64,000 nt of DNA from Acidimicrobiia bacterium (GCA_035249605.1 DATFGI010000063.1:65196-129195), one strand, 5' to 3'; positions 1-7,927 are shown, numbered from the stretch's first letter. Made by a program: numbers and translations. Notes: generated by a model not told the origin, from the sequence alone.

Positions 1-1
1 A

Positions 2-301
2 ATGGTCACCTCGGTCGTGGGAGCTGTTGTGGCACATGGGTTCGCCTCCTGGCTCGCCTACAGCGACGACCTAACCAACTGGGGAGCCATCATGTTCGTC
101 GCCATCGGCTTCTCCGCCTTGCAGGGCACCTTCGCCTGGAACGTCCTGCTGGCCGGCGCCGCGGCCATCTCCTTGTTCTGCGCCGGGTTCTACATGGTTT
201 CACTGGGTCTCAAGGACGTCGCATTCCGCGGGGCCGACCAGAGCACACGTCGCCCCGGGTGGGCCCGTCGCCCTCAGGTCTCTGCCAGATCGGACACCTA
301 G
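2..301 (+). CDS. 3' end of an integral membrane protein gene (5' end lies outside the window)
   Basis: Open to the left window edge. The tail has hydrophobic helices ([39 protein letters not shown]). No family recognised. Confidence 0.4.
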   Translation: MVTSVVGAVVAHGFASWLAYSDDLTNWGAIMFVAIGFSALQGTFAWNVLLAGAAAISLFCAGFYMVSLGLKDVAFRGADQSTRRPGWARRPQVSARSDT

Positions 302-347
302 TGTTGGGCCACGCCTTCGATGGCCCGACCAGCCCAATCCGAACCAG

Positions 348-638
348 ATGACGGCCCAGCCCACCACCACCCCCGTGATCGTGCCCGGCACCGACGAGGA
401 CGTCGACATCGACAAACCCTGGCAGGTCGTGGTCTGGAACGACCCGGTCAACACGATGACCTACGTCGTGTATGTGCTCCGAAAACTCTTCGGATACGAC
501 GAGACCAAGGCCACCAAGCTGATGCTCCAGGTCCACCACGAGGGCCGCGCCATCGTCTCCGATGGGCCCCGGGAGCAAGCTGAGATCGACTGCTTCCGTC
601 TCCACAACCACGGGCTGTGGGCAACGGTGGAGCAGTGA
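348..638 (+). CDS. clpS: ATP-dependent Clp protease adaptor protein ClpS
   Basis: 96 aa with the ClpS core [48 protein letters not shown]. Size is typical. Confidence 0.92.
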   Translation: MTAQPTTTPVIVPGTDEDVDIDKPWQVVVWNDPVNTMTYVVYVLRKLFGYDETKATKLMLQVHHEGRAIVSDGPREQAEIDCFRLHNHGLWATVEQ

Positions 639-1090
639 GCCATTTCCGGTCGGCCCCCGGTGGCATCGAAGTGGGTCTGACGACCGAGGAGCGGATCTTC
701 CTGGGGGATGTGCTGCCGCTCCTGGCCGGGATCGGTGCCCCGGGCTCTGATCCGGCGGCCGATCGGCTCAACGTGCCGGTGTATCTCGACGACCCGGACT
801 CCAACGAGGAGTGGTGGCGGCTCATGGGCGCCGACCTCGAAGCGGCCCGCCGCGCCGACCGGGCCGTGTTCCACAGGGTGGTGTCCTCGGAGGATCCGGT
901 CACCCTCGACGAGGAGGAGGCCAACGCCGTTCTCCGGGTGCTGAACGAAGCGCGTCTCGCATTGGGAGCTCGTCTCGGGATCGATGTCGAGTCTGATCAC
1001 GAAAAGATTCCCGAAGAGAGCCGCCAGGTGATGGACTACCTGGGCTGGATCGAAGAGGAGCTGACGGTCGAGCTGATGAGTCGTCTGTGA
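617..1090 (+). CDS. DUF2017-like acidic protein that follows clpS in Actinomycetota
   Basis: 157-aa acidic ORF immediately after clpS. An alternative GTG at 635 would give a GTGA overlap with the clpS stop (636-638). The clpS-DUF2017 pairing is known from actinobacterial genomes. Start uncertain. Confidence 0.7.
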   Translation: MGNGGAVSHFRSAPGGIEVGLTTEERIFLGDVLPLLAGIGAPGSDPAADRLNVPVYLDDPDSNEEWWRLMGADLEAARRADRAVFHRVVSSEDPVTLDEEEANAVLRVLNEARLALGARLGIDVESDHEKIPEESRQVMDYLGWIEEELTVELMSRL

Positions 1091-1094
1091 CGCG

Positions 1095-2267
1095 GTGCGC
1101 GCGGGTGGGTGTAGGTTCGGCGAAGGCTACGGTGACGAACGCTGCACGGAGGCCCGCTTGGCAGGCGATCGCATTGCAGATCTGAGGAGCCACCAAGGCG
1201 CGCTCATCTCTGTGTACGCGGGCAGGCCGAGCCCGGGCGGATTCGGCGCTCTCCTGTCCGCATTGGTCAAACCAATACGAGAGCGGTCCCGCGCCCTCAA
1301 CCGGCGTGTCCAGAAGAGCATCCGTTCGGACACTGACAGGATTCACGGTCTTGCCGACCAGCTCGAGATCGAGTCAGCGCCGGGGTTTGCGATCTTCGCC
1401 TCGGATCTCGACGCCACGTTTGTCCTCGAGCCCCTAGAACATCCAGCCCCTAATGTGGCCACTATCGGCCCGCGGCCCTACATGCGGCCACTTCGGGCCA
1501 TGCCCCGGCCCGCACGCAGCGCCATCCTGGTTGCGGACCGGACCATGGCGCGGACCTACGTGGCCGTCGAGGGGACCGTCGACGAGCTCCACCCTCCGAT
1601 CGGCGCCGATGTCGGCAACCGGAGCTGGGGCGGTTTCTCGGGATATGACGAGCACAACGTCAGGTCCCGAGCAGACGAGGCAACCACCCGCATTTGGAGG
1701 GCAGCCGGCGAGCGCATTCTCGAGCGACACATGGAGCGCAGCTTCGATTATCTCGCCCTCGGCGGTCACGAGGAGACTCTCGACGAGATCGCCCGGACTC
1801 TGCACCCGTATCTGGCAAGACTCCCCCGAGAGACCTTCATGGCCAATCCACAGACACTCCGGCCTGCCCGCCTCCGCGCCGAGGTGTCCGCCATGGACCA
1901 CGAGACGAGACGTCGGAGACATTCGGCCCTCGCCGGGCGTGTCTGTGACACGGCGTGGAGCGGTGGCAACGCCGTGCTCGGACTTCATTCCGTCGTCGCC
2001 GCAGCCAACGCGCAGGCGATCGATGTCCTCGTCGTCGCCGGGCCGTTCGCCAGAGGCGGGACCATCTGCGACAAGTGCGGCCATCTCGCCCGCAATGGAG
2101 AGGGGTGCCCGGTCTGTGGGGCGGAGATGTTTCCCATCGACGACCTGGTCAGTGCGGTGATGGAGTCGACGGTCAGCGCCGGCGGCTCGGTTCACCAGCT
2201 CTCGGTGGCATCACCGCTCGACCGCGAAGGTGTCGGAGCGCTCACCCGCTTCCCGGTGCCCGCCTAG
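1095..2267 (+). CDS. eRF1/Pelota-like (baeRF-type) release-factor-fold protein with an inserted zinc ribbon
   Basis: 390-aa ORF with coding-type third-position GC. N-terminal GALISVYAGRP and C-terminal GGNAVLGLHSVVAAANAQAIDVLVV segments resemble bacterial eRF1-like families. A C-x2-C-x9-C-x2-C ribbon is encoded at 2067-2117. The real start may be the TTG at 1158. Confidence 0.6.
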   Translation: MRAGGCRFGEGYGDERCTEARLAGDRIADLRSHQGALISVYAGRPSPGGFGALLSALVKPIRERSRALNRRVQKSIRSDTDRIHGLADQLEIESAPGFAIFASDLDATFVLEPLEHPAPNVATIGPRPYMRPLRAMPRPARSAILVADRTMARTYVAVEGTVDELHPPIGADVGNRSWGGFSGYDEHNVRSRADEATTRIWRAAGERILERHMERSFDYLALGGHEETLDEIARTLHPYLARLPRETFMANPQTLRPARLRAEVSAMDHETRRRRHSALAGRVCDTAWSGGNAVLGLHSVVAAANAQAIDVLVVAGPFARGGTICDKCGHLARNGEGCPVCGAEMFPIDDLVSAVMESTVSAGGSVHQLSVASPLDREGVGALTRFPVPA

Positions 2268-2276
2268 CCTTCACTC

Positions 2277-2873
2277 ATGTCCACAGCCGCCGTCGTCCTG
2301 GCTGCCGGCGGCTCATCGCGACTCGGTCGCACCAAGCAGCTGGAGCCGTGGGGCGATTCCAATCTCCTCAGCCATGTCGTATCCCGAACGTCAGAGTTCC
2401 CCGTCGACGAAGTATGGGTGATCCTCGGCCATCACTCCGAGCAGATTCTCGCCGAGTCCGACCTCGGTGACGCCTACGTCGTGGAGAACTTGGAGTGGGA
2501 GGAGGGGATCGCCTCGTCGCTACGTGTGGCACTCGATGCACTGACCCGACTGTCCCGCTGCGAGCGCGCCCTCATCGTGATCGGCGACCAGCCCGACATC
2601 CCAGTGGAGCTGGTGGAGGAGCTGCTCGTCTCCCACCGCCGGTCGGGCAAGCCGGTGACCGTTCCCAAGTATCGATACAGCTGGGGAAACCCGGTGGTAG
2701 TTGATCGCTCGCTATGGGCACGGGTGATGTCGCTCGAAGGTGACGAGGGCGCGCAGAGGTTGTGGCAGGCACATCCGGAATGGGTCAACGAGGTGTGGTT
2801 CCCGGGCTCGGCTCCACGTGACGTCGACACCGAAGAGGACGTGACCGAGTTGAGACCACGCCATTCCGCCTGA
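2277..2873 (+). CDS. MobA-like NTP transferase (molybdenum cofactor cytidylyltransferase MocA-type)
   Basis: 198 aa. N-terminal AVVLAAGGSSRLG nucleotide-binding loop and a later IGDQPDIP motif are typical of MobA/MocA nucleotidyltransferases. Confidence 0.8.
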   Translation: MSTAAVVLAAGGSSRLGRTKQLEPWGDSNLLSHVVSRTSEFPVDEVWVILGHHSEQILAESDLGDAYVVENLEWEEGIASSLRVALDALTRLSRCERALIVIGDQPDIPVELVEELLVSHRRSGKPVTVPKYRYSWGNPVVVDRSLWARVMSLEGDEGAQRLWQAHPEWVNEVWFPGSAPRDVDTEEDVTELRPRHSA

Positions 2874-2935
2874 ATCGCCTCTGGCGCGGTGGTCTATATT
2901 CGTAAGGCGATCGAGGTCGGCAACAGAAGGGTGAG

Positions 2936-3340
2936 ATGGCGCGGATCGATCAAGTCGCCGGTATTGATCATCGAGGGGCTACCAAGCTGCGCAAGGCGGG
3001 GGTGCGGACCAGCAAGGCCTTGACCGAGTGTGCCGCTACTCGACGGGGTCGGTCTCAGCTGGCCAAGGCGACCGGGCTCAGCCCCAAAGACCTCCAACTC
3101 TGGGTGCATCATGCCGATCTGCTCCGGGTGCGCGGGGTGGGCGCCGAATATGCATCTCTTCTGGTGGAGGCGGGTGTCGACACCCTCCGCGATCTCCGTC
3201 GTCGCAACCCCACCGCGCTCCTGGCCAAGATCATCGGCATGAACGGCGCCCAGAAGGTGGTGGAGCGTCTCCCCACCGAGTCGATGGTGGAGGGTTGGAT
3301 CGCCGGTGCCGGAGATCTCGACCCCACGATCAACGTTTAG
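2936..3340 (+). CDS. DUF4332-like helix-hairpin-helix protein
   Basis: 134 aa with HhH-like segments (LLRVRGVGAEYASLLVEAGVDTLRDL). Resembles DUF4332 family proteins. Confidence 0.65.
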   Translation: MARIDQVAGIDHRGATKLRKAGVRTSKALTECAATRRGRSQLAKATGLSPKDLQLWVHHADLLRVRGVGAEYASLLVEAGVDTLRDLRRRNPTALLAKIIGMNGAQKVVERLPTESMVEGWIAGAGDLDPTINV

Positions 3341-3350
3341 CGTCAGCGCG

Positions 3351-3561
3351 CGGTTGTCCCCTGGCAACGCGTCATTCGAGGGTTCCGGGGCCAGTCACTC
3401 GAAGTCGGTCGAATATAAAGGGGCGTCTGGCGGGTGCGGCAGCTGTCGACCGACCGGCGTCTGTTCGAGTGGAGCCCTCAGGTCGGATGAGAGGGCTGAG
3501 CGGTTGTCCCCGGCTTCGCGTCATGTGAGGTTTCCGGGGCCAGTCACTCGAAGTCGGTCGA
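3351..3561 (+). repeat. About 1.5 tandem units (period 150 bp) of the ~135-bp modular repeat family also found upstream of rpoB
   Basis: Direct repeat CGGTTGTCCCC..GC..CGCGTCAT..GAGG.TTCCGGGGCCAGTCACTCGAAGTCGGTCGA at 3351-3412 and 3501-3561. Between the copies lies block GGGTGCGGCAGCTGTCGACCGACCGGCGTCTGTT (3432-3465) and a hairpin with a GGATGAGAG loop (3475-3503). Both are shared with 56201-56602. Confidence 0.8.
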
Positions 3562-3571
3562 CCATAAACAA

Positions 3572-3597
3572 AGAAGGGGCCCGGACGGGCCCCTTCT
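3572..3597 (-). terminator. Intrinsic terminator hairpin for the HbhA-like gene (possibly bidirectional)
   Basis: AGAAGGGGCCCG / CGGGCCCCTTCT perfect 11-12 bp GC stem. On the minus strand it is followed by TTTGTTTAT, 22 nt after the stop of the 3619-4122 gene. Confidence 0.7.
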
Positions 3598-3618
3598 TCG
3601 CTGTGAGGAGGAGTGAGC

Positions 3619-4122
3619 TCAGGAAGTCTTGGGCTTGGCGGCCGTTGACTTCGCCGAGCTCTTCTTCGCCGCTGTCGACGACTTGGTCGTCTTGGCGACA
3701 GAAGTCTTGGCGGCCGGCTTCTTGGCTGCCGGCTTCTTGGCTGCCGGCTTCTTGGCTGCCGGCTTGGTGGCCGGAGCTGTCGGTGTGACGACAGGCTGAT
3801 CCTCGGCCTTCTCCGGGCGGAACGAGCTCCGCCAGGTGGCGAGCATGTCCTCCAACTGGTCGCGGAGCTTGCTCACCTGCTCCTTGGCCTGGTCGAGATC
3901 GACCTTGTGGGAGATCTCCTCCACGACCTTGCCGTCGCTGATCCGGGAGACGACCTTCTCGCCTTCGGTGGCCCAGTCGTCGATGACCTTGGTAGCAGCC
4001 TCGGAATAACCTCCGGCCTCCTTCGACACCTTGCCCTTCAGTGTGGCGACCCGGTCGCCCACCTTGCGAGCGGCGACCACGGGGGCACCTACTGCGGCAT
4101 ACAGAACGTTCTTCGCCTGCAT
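3619..4122 (-). CDS. HbhA-like (heparin-binding hemagglutinin family) protein with a lysine/alanine/proline-rich tail
   Basis: 167 aa. The coiled-coil N-terminal part (GYSEAATKVIDDWATEGEKVV) resembles mycobacterial HbhA. The C-terminus is KPAAKKPAAKKPAAKKPAAK plus a further K/A/S/T-rich tail. Confidence 0.75.
   Translation of the reverse strand: MQAKNVLYAAVGAPVVAARKVGDRVATLKGKVSKEAGGYSEAATKVIDDWATEGEKVVSRISDGKVVEEISHKVDLDQAKEQVSKLRDQLEDMLATWRSSFRPEKAEDQPVVTPTAPATKPAAKKPAAKKPAAKKPAAKTSVAKTTKSSTAAKKSSAKSTAAKPKTS
3706..3765 (-). repeat. In-frame 15-bp tandem repeat x4 encoding the PAAKK repeats of the HbhA-like tail
   Basis: Plus-strand units CTTGGC(G/T)GCCGGCTT at 3706, 3721, 3736 and 3751. 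The last three are identical. Confidence 0.9.
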
Positions 4123-4128
4123 CGCTAT

Positions 4129-4491
4129 CTACTCCATTCCTTGTGACATCGTTTCATCGTTCCGGGCCAATGCCCGGTACATGTCGAGCAACACTTTCTT
4201 GTGCTCCCCGGTGAGGCGCTCATCGTTCTCGATCGCTTCGAACACCGTGGCCGGGGGCAAATCCTCGTCGATCAGCCCTGCCCTCTTGTAGAGGGTGTTG
4301 GACGAGATCTCGAGGGCACGGGAGAGATTTCTGAGAATCTCCGCCGAGGGCTTGCGGATCCCCCGCTCGATCTGGCTGAGATACGGGTTGGAGATCCCCG
4401 ACTTCTCCGCCAGTCGTCTGAGGGAGAGGTTCGCTCGCTCTCGCTGGCCCCTGATGAACTCACCCAGATCGCCGTGCTTGCTCTCGTTCAT
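4129..4491 (-). CDS. XRE-family helix-turn-helix transcriptional regulator
   Basis: 120 aa. HTH_3-type motif LSLRRLAEKSGISNPYLSQIERGIRKPS. Lies 6 nt upstream of the HbhA-like gene on the same strand. Confidence 0.88.
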   Translation of the reverse strand: MNESKHGDLGEFIRGQRERANLSLRRLAEKSGISNPYLSQIERGIRKPSAEILRNLSRALEISSNTLYKRAGLIDEDLPPATVFEAIENDERLTGEHKKVLLDMYRALARNDETMSQGME

Positions 4492-4496
4492 CTGGT

Positions 4497-4532
4497 GCTA
4501 GCGTACAGCTAGCTGCTAACAATTGCAAGCAG
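4497..4532. promoter_or_regulatory. Two adjacent palindromes just upstream of the XRE regulator start (candidate operator)
   Basis: GCTAGC-GTACA-GCTAGC at 4497-4513. CTGCTAACAATTGCAAGCAG at 4513-4532 pairs at 8 of 10 positions. Both lie 6-41 nt upstream of the ATG at 4491. Confidence 0.3.
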
Positions 4533-4555
4533 AGCGGTAGCCAGGGATCGCGAAG

Positions 4556-4639
4556 AGCCCCCAAACCCAGGCCCCCCAAACCAAGGCCCCCCAACCCAGG
4601 GTTCGCACCACCAATTCTGGTGGTACCAATCCTGGGTTA
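4556..4639. repeat. REP-like composite palindrome (core type 3) preceded by a triplicated left arm
   Basis: Element CAACCCAGGGTT-CGC-ACCACCA-ATTC-TGGTGGT-ACCAATCCTGGGTTA at 4592-4639. Upstream lie three ~15-nt units CCCCCAAACCCAGG / CCCCCCAAACCAAGG / CCCCCCAACCCAGGG. Confidence 0.75.
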
Positions 4640-4661
4640 CGTGTTCGGGCTCGGTCGGCCG

Positions 4662-5381
4662 TCAAACCGTGCTGCCGACGGCCTGGCCGATCAGCCAGGC
4701 CAGGGCGCCCCCGAGACCGGCGACCACCAGGTTCTCCAAGCCGGAGCGCAGCCACGAGGTCCGGGCGACCCGGGCCTTGACCACTCCGACCAGGAACAGC
4801 CCCGCCATGGAGAGGAGGCTCGCCCAGACCAGGGCGGTTGCCGTGGCCGAGGCCAGCACGAAAGGAAGAACCGATGGGAGAGATCCCGCCAGGAAGAGTC
4901 CCCCGGACATCGCCATCGCCCGAAAGGGGCTTCTCCGCTCCGAGTCCACCACCCCGAACTCGAGGGCGGCCATCGCATTGAGGAGGGCGATGTCATTGCT
5001 CTCGAAACCGGCGAGCACCCCGTCGAGGTCCTCGGGATGCACTCCCATGCCGGCGAAGAAGCCGCGTAACTGATCGAGCTCGAGGTCGCGGAACTCCTTG
5101 ATGTGGGACTGCTCGAGATCGAGCTCGGCGCTGAGCACCTCGTCCTGGGACTTCGTCGCCAGATATTCCCCCGCAGCCATCGAGACCGCTCCGGCGATGG
5201 CTCCGGCAGTACCGGTCAATAGGACTTGCGTCCGGTCGAGCCCGCCGCCGACCACACCTACGACCAGTAGGAACACCGAGACCAGCCCGTCGTTGACACC
5301 GAGGATCATGTCCCGCCAGTACTGCCTGGTTTCACCAATATGGGGGATGTAGCCCATCGGGTACTTCTCGGTGACGCCCAC
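4662..5381 (-). CDS. VIT1/CCC1-family iron/manganese transporter
   Basis: 239 aa. N-terminal YWRDMILGVNDGLVSVFLLVVG and GEYLATKSQ motifs plus C-terminal TM helices are typical of the VIT family. Confidence 0.85.
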   Translation of the reverse strand: MGVTEKYPMGYIPHIGETRQYWRDMILGVNDGLVSVFLLVVGVVGGGLDRTQVLLTGTAGAIAGAVSMAAGEYLATKSQDEVLSAELDLEQSHIKEFRDLELDQLRGFFAGMGVHPEDLDGVLAGFESNDIALLNAMAALEFGVVDSERRSPFRAMAMSGGLFLAGSLPSVLPFVLASATATALVWASLLSMAGLFLVGVVKARVARTSWLRSGLENLVVAGLGGALAWLIGQAVGSTV

Positions 5382-5447
5382 GATGGTGATCGTAGGCCGC
5401 CGTCGCAGTGGAGCCCCCGCACCCGGTTAGTGTGAGCTGGCTCACCG

Positions 5448-6458
5448 ATGATCATCGTCATGCACCCGGACGCGACCGCTGAAGAGGTGGCGCGCGTCGT
5501 CGAGACCCTGCGCACGGCCGGCGCCGAGGTGAGTGTCTCCACCGAAGGCGGCCGCACCGTGGTCAACGGCTCGGTCGACTCAGTCCTGATGGGCGAAGCT
5601 CCCTGGCCCGACTTTCCCGGTGTCGAGCGGGTCATGCCGGTGGTGAGGGGCGGGCGCCGGGTGGGCCGTGGTGTTCGGTCGGAGAACACGGTGGTGTCGG
5701 TCGGGTCGGTCACCATCGGTGACGGCTCGCTCGTCGTCATCGCCGGGCCCTGCGCCGTGGAGGATCGGGATCAACTGCTCGCCACTGCCAGGGCGGTGAA
5801 GGACGCGGGCGCGTCGATGCTGAGGGGCGACGCCTTCAAGCCTCGTACCTCTCCCTACTCCTTTCAGGGATTGGGCAAGGCGGGTCTGGAGCTGCTCGCC
5901 GAGGCGAGGGATGACACCGGGCTTCCCTTCGTGGCCGAGGTGCTCGACCCCAGGCAAGTCGAGCTGGTCGGCTCCTACGCCGACATGCTTCGCATTGGCA
6001 CCCGCAACATGTCGAACCACGCCCTCCTCAAGGAAGTCGGCCGTCAGCAGCGGCCGGTCTTGCTCAAGAGGGGCAGGGCGGCCTCGGTCGAGGAGTGGAT
6101 CGACGCCGCCGAATACGTCCACAGCGAGGGCAACCCCAACATCGTTCTGGTGGAGCGGGGGGTCCGAGGCTTCGGCAACTCCGCTCGGAACACCCTCGAT
6201 CTGACTGCGGTGCCGGTGGCGAAGGCCATCAGCCACCTTCCCGTGATGGTCGATCCATCCCACTCCGCCGGTCGCAAGGACATCGTCCCCGCACTGGCCC
6301 GCGCCGCGGTCGCCGTTGGCGCCGACGGCGTGCTGCTCGATGTCCACGTCAACCCCGACACCGCCTTGGTGGACGGGGCTCAGGCGCTTCTTCCAGAGGA
6401 GTTCGATCGACTGATGGTGGAGTTGCGACGGGTTGCCGAGGCGGTGGGGCCGGGCTGA
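5448..6458 (+). CDS. 3-deoxy-7-phosphoheptulonate (DAHP) synthase, type I-beta with an N-terminal regulatory domain
   Basis: 336 aa. Motifs VIAGPCAVE, LRGDAFKPRTSPYSFQGLG, LRIGTRNM and VDPSHSAGR match KDSA/DAHPS I-beta enzymes. A ~75-aa ferredoxin-like N-terminal extension is present. Confidence 0.9.
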   Translation: MIIVMHPDATAEEVARVVETLRTAGAEVSVSTEGGRTVVNGSVDSVLMGEAPWPDFPGVERVMPVVRGGRRVGRGVRSENTVVSVGSVTIGDGSLVVIAGPCAVEDRDQLLATARAVKDAGASMLRGDAFKPRTSPYSFQGLGKAGLELLAEARDDTGLPFVAEVLDPRQVELVGSYADMLRIGTRNMSNHALLKEVGRQQRPVLLKRGRAASVEEWIDAAEYVHSEGNPNIVLVERGVRGFGNSARNTLDLTAVPVAKAISHLPVMVDPSHSAGRKDIVPALARAAVAVGADGVLLDVHVNPDTALVDGAQALLPEEFDRLMVELRRVAEAVGPG

Positions 6459-6464
6459 GCCCGG

Positions 6465-7616
6465 CTACTCCATCAACCCGAGCAGGGCTGCGACTCCGGC
6501 GTGGATCCCGACCGTGATGCTGCCCTCGTCGAGCATGAATCCCGCAGAGTGGAGGTCGTCGCCGCCGCACTCGGTCCCGAGGCGGAGTAGTGCCCCGGGG
6601 GTCACAGTCAGATAGTCGGAGAAGTCCTCGCCGCCCATCGAAGTCTCCGTGCCCACCACCGTGCCCGGCCCCAGGGCGGAGTCGATGGAGCGGCTGGCCA
6701 TCTCCACGAGCCGCTGGTCGTTCACCACCGGGGCGATGCCCTGCCGGTACTCCAGGGAGTAGCCCGCTCCGGTGGGGGCGAGGACGGCATCTATCGCCTT
6801 GTCGACCAACGAGGGGAGGAGGTCCCACAGAGTTGGATCGAGTGTCCGAACCGTTCCCCGGACGACCACCTCGGTGGGGATGACGTTGGCCGCATCACCA
6901 CCGTGAATCGAGCCGAAGACGACCACCAGTGGTGACCGGGCATCGACCGCCTTCCGGATCATCCCGGGCAGCTCAGCGGCCAGTCGCCCCGCGGCGGAAA
7001 CCAGGTCCACTGTCTTGTGGGGTCGGGACGTGTGGCCACCGGGCCCGCTCACGACGATGGAGACGGTGTCACCGCTCGCGGTGATGGGACCGCTCCGCGC
7101 CCCGATGCGTCCGACCGGGAGGCCGGGATCCACATGAAATGCGAGAAGGCCCTGCAGGGCGTCGACGACACCCTCGCTCACCAGGTCTCGGGCACCGCCC
7201 GGGTTGGACTCCTCGGCAGGCTGGAAGATCACACGAACGCCGTCTCGGGGTCCGAGCCGATGGAGGATGACCGCGATCCCGGCGGCGATGGCGGTGTGGG
7301 CGTCGTGCCCGCACGCATGCATCCAACCCTCATTCTCAGAGCGGTGCGGATGGTCGGATGGCTCGGTGATCGGAAGCGCATCGAGGTCGGCGCGGAACCC
7401 GACCCGGGGACTGGCCCCGATGTCGACCCACCCGCCGGTGGCCGACTCTCTGTCCTGGAAGCGGAGACCGTGGCCTTCGAGGAACCGTCGGACCCGGTCC
7501 GTGGTCTCATACTCGTGGTGCGACGGCTCGGGATGTCGGTGGAGGAGACGGCGTAACTCGACCACATGGGGTGTCATCTCCTCGACCAGCCCGGCGAGAT
7601 CTGACGTGGCGGGCAT
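6465..7616 (-). CDS. M20-family amidohydrolase (N-acyl-amino-acid / hippurate hydrolase type)
   Basis: LRRLLHRHPEPSHHEYET, MHACGHDAHT and FQPAEE motifs. I start it at ATG 7616 (MPATSDL...); the track ORF extends 50 codons further upstream without support. Confidence 0.85.
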   Translation of the reverse strand: MPATSDLAGLVEEMTPHVVELRRLLHRHPEPSHHEYETTDRVRRFLEGHGLRFQDRESATGGWVDIGASPRVGFRADLDALPITEPSDHPHRSENEGWMHACGHDAHTAIAAGIAVILHRLGPRDGVRVIFQPAEESNPGGARDLVSEGVVDALQGLLAFHVDPGLPVGRIGARSGPITASGDTVSIVVSGPGGHTSRPHKTVDLVSAAGRLAAELPGMIRKAVDARSPLVVVFGSIHGGDAANVIPTEVVVRGTVRTLDPTLWDLLPSLVDKAIDAVLAPTGAGYSLEYRQGIAPVVNDQRLVEMASRSIDSALGPGTVVGTETSMGGEDFSDYLTVTPGALLRLGTECGGDDLHSAGFMLDEGSITVGIHAGVAALLGLME

Positions 7617-7768
7617 GGGCCGGAGACTAACGGGCGCCCGAAGCCTGACCCCAACCGGGCACGAGCCGGGTTTGTCGCCGGGACCCGTCGGGGTAATGGC
7701 GGCGAGTAGCCGAGAGGAGGCCCAGACATGACCCGCCGACGTGATCGCAACCGAGCCGGAGCCCACCG

Positions 7769-7927
7769 ATGGGCCTGATCATCTTCCTTCTCATCGTCTG
7801 GCTCGTCATTTCGGTGCTCGGGGTGGTCTTGGAGGGCCTGTTCTGGCTGACCGTGATCGGTCTGATCCTCCTGGTCGGCACTGCGATCTGGGGGTGGACC
7901 AAGCGCAACACCGAGATCGGCGCCTGA
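7769..7927 (+). CDS. Small hydrophobic membrane protein (52 aa), absent from the ORF track
   Basis: ATG 7769 to TGA 7925-7927. Translation MGLIIFLLIVWLVISVLGVVLEGLFWLTVIGLILLVGTAIWGWTKRNTEIGA gives two predicted TM helices. Third codon positions are strongly G/C. The overlapping 75-aa track ORF (7741-7968) is R/P-rich off-frame noise. Confidence 0.45.
   Translation: MGLIIFLLIVWLVISVLGVVLEGLFWLTVIGLILLVGTAIWGWTKRNTEIGA

Noticed and set aside
3706-3765. 15-bp tandem repeat considered as a non-coding minisatellite
   Set aside because: It is in frame inside the HbhA-like gene and encodes the PAAKK repeats typical of that family's lysine-rich tail.
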